6,259 bases of DNA from Escherichia phage NC29, in the sequence record NC_007827.1. The stretch is one strand, 5' to 3'. Positions 3,281 through 6,259 of the stretch are shown piece by piece. Each line of letters begins with the position of its first letter. Within the stretch, counting starts at the first letter, position 1. The notes below the pieces were generated by a model, which worked only from the letters and a program-made list of their open reading frames with translations, searched no databases and had not been told where the DNA came from. The translations under genes and the position numbers were made by a program.

Positions 3281-4564
3281 ATGTCAAATGTACAAACTTC
3301 CGCTGAGCGTATCCCTCATGACCTGTCTCATCTGGTTTTTGAAGCAGGCAAAATTGGTCGTTTAAAAGTTGTTTCTTGGACTCCTGTTGTTGCAGGTGAT
3401 TCTTTTGAGCTTGATATGATTGGCGCTATTCGCCTCTCCCCGCTTCGTCGTGGTCTTGCTGTTGACTCTCGCGTTGACTTGTTCACGTTTTATGTTCCTC
3501 ATCGTCATGTATATGGTGAGCAGTGGATTGAGTTTATTAAGGAAGGTGTCAATGCTCCACCGTTGGCTCCTGTTCAGTGCTCTCGTGGTTGGGATAGTGC
3601 GCAGTATCTCGCTACTATTCCGTCTTCTAACTTAAAGGTTCCTAAGTTCCTTCATCAAGGTTACTTGAACATTTACAATAACTATTTTAAAGCTCCGTGG
3701 ATGGATGACTTGACTTATGCCAACCCATCTAATATGGAAGGTGAAGATGTTCGTTTTGGTGTTCGTGCATGTAATTTAAAAACTATCTGGACTGCTCCGC
3801 TTCCTCCAGATACTGAGACTTCTCATTCTATGGAGACCGAGACCAACTCCATTGACATTATGGGTTTACAGGCCGCTTATGCTCAATTACATACCGAGCA
3901 GGAGCGTGATTACTTCATGACTCGTTATCGTGATATTGTTAACGAATTTGGTGGTAGTACTTCTTATGATGCGGATAATCGTCCTTTGCTTGTTATGCAT
4001 TCTGAGTTCTGGGCCTCAGGCTATGACGTCGACGGCACCGACCAAAGCTCTCTCGGTCAGTTCTCCGGTCGTGTTCAGCAGACGTTTAAGCATTCAGTAC
4101 CGCGATTCTTCTGTCCTGAGCATGGCACTATGTTCACACTCGCATTGGTCCGCTTCCCTCCGACTCATGAAATGGAGATGCATTACTTAGTTGGTAAAGA
4201 AAATTTGACTTATACTGATCTGGCTTGTGATCCTGCTTTGATGGCTAACTTGCCTCCGCGTGAGGTTAATATGTCTCAGTTCTTCCATTCTGGAAGTGCT
4301 AGTGCTAAGTTTAAGATCGCTGAGGGTCAGTGGTATCGTATGCAGCCTGACCGCGTTGCATTGCCGTATAACTATCTTGATGGTTTTCCGTTCTATAGTG
4401 CGATTCCGTCTCATGATATTAAGCAGCGTGTTCTGGTTAATACTGATAACTATGATGAGGTTTTCCAGTCTATGCAGCTTGCACACTGGAATATGCAGAC
4501 TAAGTTTAACTGCACGATTTATCGTAATATGCCGACCACTCGTGATTCTATTATGACCTCTTGA
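3281..4564 (+). CDS. F: major capsid protein F
   Basis: 427 aa; long blocks match phiX174 gpF (MSN.QT.AER.PHDLSHL, LRLSPLRRGLA.DS.VD.FTFYVPHRHVYGEQWI, QGYLNIYNNYFKAPWM, SIDIMGLQAAYA.LHT.QERDYFM.RYRD, SYDADNRPLLVM, GYDVDGTDQ.SLGQFSGRVQQT.KHSVPRFF.PEHGTMFTLALVRFPPT, TTRDSIMTS). Confidence 0.95.
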   Translation: MSNVQTSAERIPHDLSHLVFEAGKIGRLKVVSWTPVVAGDSFELDMIGAIRLSPLRRGLAVDSRVDLFTFYVPHRHVYGEQWIEFIKEGVNAPPLAPVQCSRGWDSAQYLATIPSSNLKVPKFLHQGYLNIYNNYFKAPWMDDLTYANPSNMEGEDVRFGVRACNLKTIWTAPLPPDTETSHSMETETNSIDIMGLQAAYAQLHTEQERDYFMTRYRDIVNEFGGSTSYDADNRPLLVMHSEFWASGYDVDGTDQSSLGQFSGRVQQTFKHSVPRFFCPEHGTMFTLALVRFPPTHEMEMHYLVGKENLTYTDLACDPALMANLPPREVNMSQFFHSGSASAKFKIAEGQWYRMQPDRVALPYNYLDGFPFYSAIPSHDIKQRVLVNTDNYDEVFQSMQLAHWNMQTKFNCTIYRNMPTTRDSIMTS

Positions 4565-4570
4565 TTATGT

Positions 4571-4587
4571 GGGGCTTCGGCCCCCTT
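4571..4587 (+). terminator. cUUCGg tetraloop hairpin in the F-G spacer (T_F-like terminator or mRNA 3' stabiliser)
   Basis: GGGGC (4571-4575) / TTCG loop / GCCCC (4580-4584), then CTTT; followed by SD TAAGGA 4588-4593, 7 nt before the G ATG; near-duplicate of the J-F module. Confidence 0.35.
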
Positions 4588-4600
4588 TAAGGATTTGATT

Positions 4601-5146
4601 ATGTTTCAAGTTTATGTAGCTAAGCATGTTGCTCCTTTTACTTCTATGAACCGTACCTTTTCTATCTCTCCTGCTGCTGCCCCGCAGGTTGTCAATTCTG
4701 GTGAGATTGTTGCAGGTCGTTCTACTTTTCGTATTGCTTCCTCTATTGGTTCTGCTTCTAATGGTAATGGTTTCGCATTCGTTCAGATGATGGACCCTAA
4801 CTCTCCTGATTCTCAACAGGTTTTCTCTGTTGCTGCGTCGCTATCTTTTAGTGTTGACTCGAATTATGTTCCTTGCGTTGTTCGTTTTGAAAGTAGTTTC
4901 TCTCAGCCTGGTCAATTTGCTATTGCTGAGGCTGATTTTATTCCGGTTGAGTCGTCAGCTCTTTCTGCTCGTGCGCTTAGCGTTCGTGATTGTGTTACTG
5001 TTGATGTTAAGCCTCGCGCTGAAGGTAATAATGTTTTTGTTGGACTGTTCTTGTCTTCTGCCGCCGCTAATGCTGGTAATGTTACTGGTGTCATTTCTAT
5101 GGCTCAGGTTGACCATGAAGTTACAGCTTTGCAGCCTCTTAAATAA
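4601..5146 (+). CDS. G: major spike protein G
   Basis: 181 aa from ATG 4601 (track ORF starts at TTG 4595); MFQ... N-terminus and CVVRFESS, DCVT.DV.PR..GNNV.VG, and C-terminal LQPLK match phiX174 gpG. Confidence 0.9.
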   Translation: MFQVYVAKHVAPFTSMNRTFSISPAAAPQVVNSGEIVAGRSTFRIASSIGSASNGNGFAFVQMMDPNSPDSQQVFSVAASLSFSVDSNYVPCVVRFESSFSQPGQFAIAEADFIPVESSALSARALSVRDCVTVDVKPRAEGNNVFVGLFLSSAAANAGNVTGVISMAQVDHEVTALQPLK

Positions 5147-5160
5147 AAGGCCGCCGCACT

Positions 5161-5256
5161 CTCGGTTATATGCCTGCCCAGTGTAGGGCGGACCGAGCCG
5201 TACGGAGATACCCGTGAAACTAGGAACGTGGAAGGCGTTAGCCGCCTTCCCTCCTG
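5161..5256 (+). other. candidate complementary (-) strand origin: three consecutive stem-loops in the GC-rich G-H spacer
   Basis: Hairpins: CTCGGT 5161-5166 / ACCGAG 5192-5197 enclosing 5174-5179 / 5186-5191; ACGG 5202-5205 / CCGT 5212-5215; GGAAGGCG 5230-5237 / CGCCTTCC 5243-5250 (perfect 8-bp stem, 5-nt loop); CTG at 5254-5256 just 3' of the last hairpin. G4-type phages prime at a multi-hairpin origin with DnaG alone. Confidence 0.4.
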
Positions 5257-5281
5257 CTAAGCCCAAAGGAGACTTTCAGCT

Positions 5282-6259
5282 ATGTTAGGTGCCGTTGTTG
5301 GTGGTATTGCTTCAGCCTTAGCCGGTGGAGCAGCTTCTAAGTTGTTTGGTGGTAAGCCTGCCTCTCAGGCCGCTACCGAATCCGCTGGCCTTTCTAATGG
5401 TCAAGGTGTTATTGGTATGGACCAAGATGCCGGTATTCAGTCCGCTATTCAGGGTTCAAATGTCCCAAATGGTCAGATTCCCGCTCCTACTACTACAGGT
5501 GGCGTTATGTCTGATGCTGGTAATATGATTAAGAATGCTGGTAAAGATTTGCTTGATGGTGTTATGACTGCCGGTAGTGACCGTGTTAAGCAGGCTTTGA
5601 TTGACAGATTGGGTGGTAATAATGCAAAGAGACAAGGAAAAGCAACCCGTGATTACTTGGCTGCAGCCTTCCCTGAACTCAATGCATGGGAACGTGCTGG
5701 AGCTGTTGCTTCCGGCTCCGGCTTGGAATCTTCCAGTCAGGACCAGCAGAAAGAGTTGATGCGAATGCAGCTGGACAATCAGAAAGATATTGCGAAGATG
5801 CAGATGCAGAATAATTTGCAGATTGCTGGTATTCAGTCCGCTACTTCTCGTCAAAATACGAAGGATTCTGTTTATGCTCAGAATGAGATGCTTCAGTACA
5901 ATCAACGTGAGTCACAGGCACGTGTTGAGTCTATCCTTGCCAACACTAACCTTACGGATAAACAGGCTACCCATGAAATCATGAGGATGGCCCTTACTCG
6001 TGCTCAGGAGACTGGTCAGCATTTGACTAACTCTCAGATTATTGCTTTGGAGAAAAAGGTTTATGCAGAAATTGGAAAAATTCATCAAGATACTCAAAAC
6101 TCTCGCTATGGTAGCTCTCAAGTTACTGCTGCGGCGAAAGATGTTACGAATATGATTACCGATGCCGCCTCAGGTGCTGCTGATTGGGCCTCTCAGCAAT
6201 GGAATTCGTTCTTCAAGGATGGTAAGTCTAATGGCATTCCTCTTAACACCAGAAAATAA
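5282..6259 (+). CDS. H: minor spike / DNA pilot protein H
   Basis: 325 aa; N-terminus M.GA..GGIASALAGGA.SKLFGG and internal TRDYLAAAFPELNAWERAGA, IAGIQSATSRQNTKD.VYAQNEML.Y match phiX174 gpH; AGGAG-like AAGGAG 5266-5271 upstream; stop TAA is the last three bases of the window. Confidence 0.9.
   Translation: MLGAVVGGIASALAGGAASKLFGGKPASQAATESAGLSNGQGVIGMDQDAGIQSAIQGSNVPNGQIPAPTTTGGVMSDAGNMIKNAGKDLLDGVMTAGSDRVKQALIDRLGGNNAKRQGKATRDYLAAAFPELNAWERAGAVASGSGLESSSQDQQKELMRMQLDNQKDIAKMQMQNNLQIAGIQSATSRQNTKDSVYAQNEMLQYNQRESQARVESILANTNLTDKQATHEIMRMALTRAQETGQHLTNSQIIALEKKVYAEIGKIHQDTQNSRYGSSQVTAAAKDVTNMITDAASGAADWASQQWNSFFKDGKSNGIPLNTRK

Noticed and set aside
784-5984. Plus-strand alternative-frame ORFs nested in A, F, G and H (784-1029, 1327-1635, 3420-3635, 3930-4190, 4260-4556, 4830-5186, 5325-5528, 5790-5984)
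   Set aside because: Their translations are low-complexity L/F/V/R-rich strings typical of frame-shifted T-rich coding sequence, they lack SD motifs at appropriate spacing, and they do not correspond to the known overlapping genes (B, K, E), which are accounted for elsewhere.
415-6121. All minus-strand ORFs in the track (415-705, 744-1139, 1185-1652, 2225-2470, 2698-2973, 4187-4486, 4565-4816, 4912-5094, 4955-5266, 5456-5905, 5912-6121)
   Set aside because: phiX-like microviruses transcribe only the viral-sense strand; these frames lie antisense to well-supported genes, have no SD motifs that I can see, and their open state is explained by the T-rich third positions of the sense genes, which deplete stop codons on the opposite strand.
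1-6259. Search for tRNA, rRNA, CRISPR repeats, IS/transposon ends or integrase/att sites
   Set aside because: No cloverleaf-like structures, no regularly spaced direct repeats, no terminal inverted repeats and no recombinase-like ORF were seen; the genome organisation is that of a lytic ssDNA phage.

Overview
The window reads as an essentially complete genome of a phiX174-family microvirus (Microviridae, Bullavirinae), closer to the alpha3/St-1/G4 type than to phiX174 itself (24-aa J protein, long H-A spacer, very short F-G spacer). All genes are on the + strand in the canonical order A(A*)-B-K-C-D(E)-J-F-G-H, with the usual overlaps (B inside A, K across the A/C junction, E inside D). Protein identities rest on my recollection of phiX174 sequences; nothing was searched. 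No tRNA, rRNA, CRISPR or mobile element is visible. Three regions are not explained by the canonical 11-gene set. (1) The roughly 700 nt between the H stop (window end) and the A promoter (window start, assuming circularity) is filled by three tightly packed, translationally coupled ORFs of 122, 30 and 58 aa with gene-like codon usage and SD motifs; this is my best candidate for an undescribed accessory module. (2) A 233-nt C-D spacer sits downstream of the best sigma70-like promoter in the window and is G-rich, C-poor and full of degenerate direct repeats. (3) A GC-rich 135-nt G-H spacer folds into three consecutive stem-loops and is a candidate primase-dependent complementary-strand origin. 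Also notable are the conserved 30-nt viral-strand origin inside A, two near-identical cUUCGg-hairpin plus SD modules flanking F, and a promoter/terminator composite that buries the gene A ribosome-binding site.
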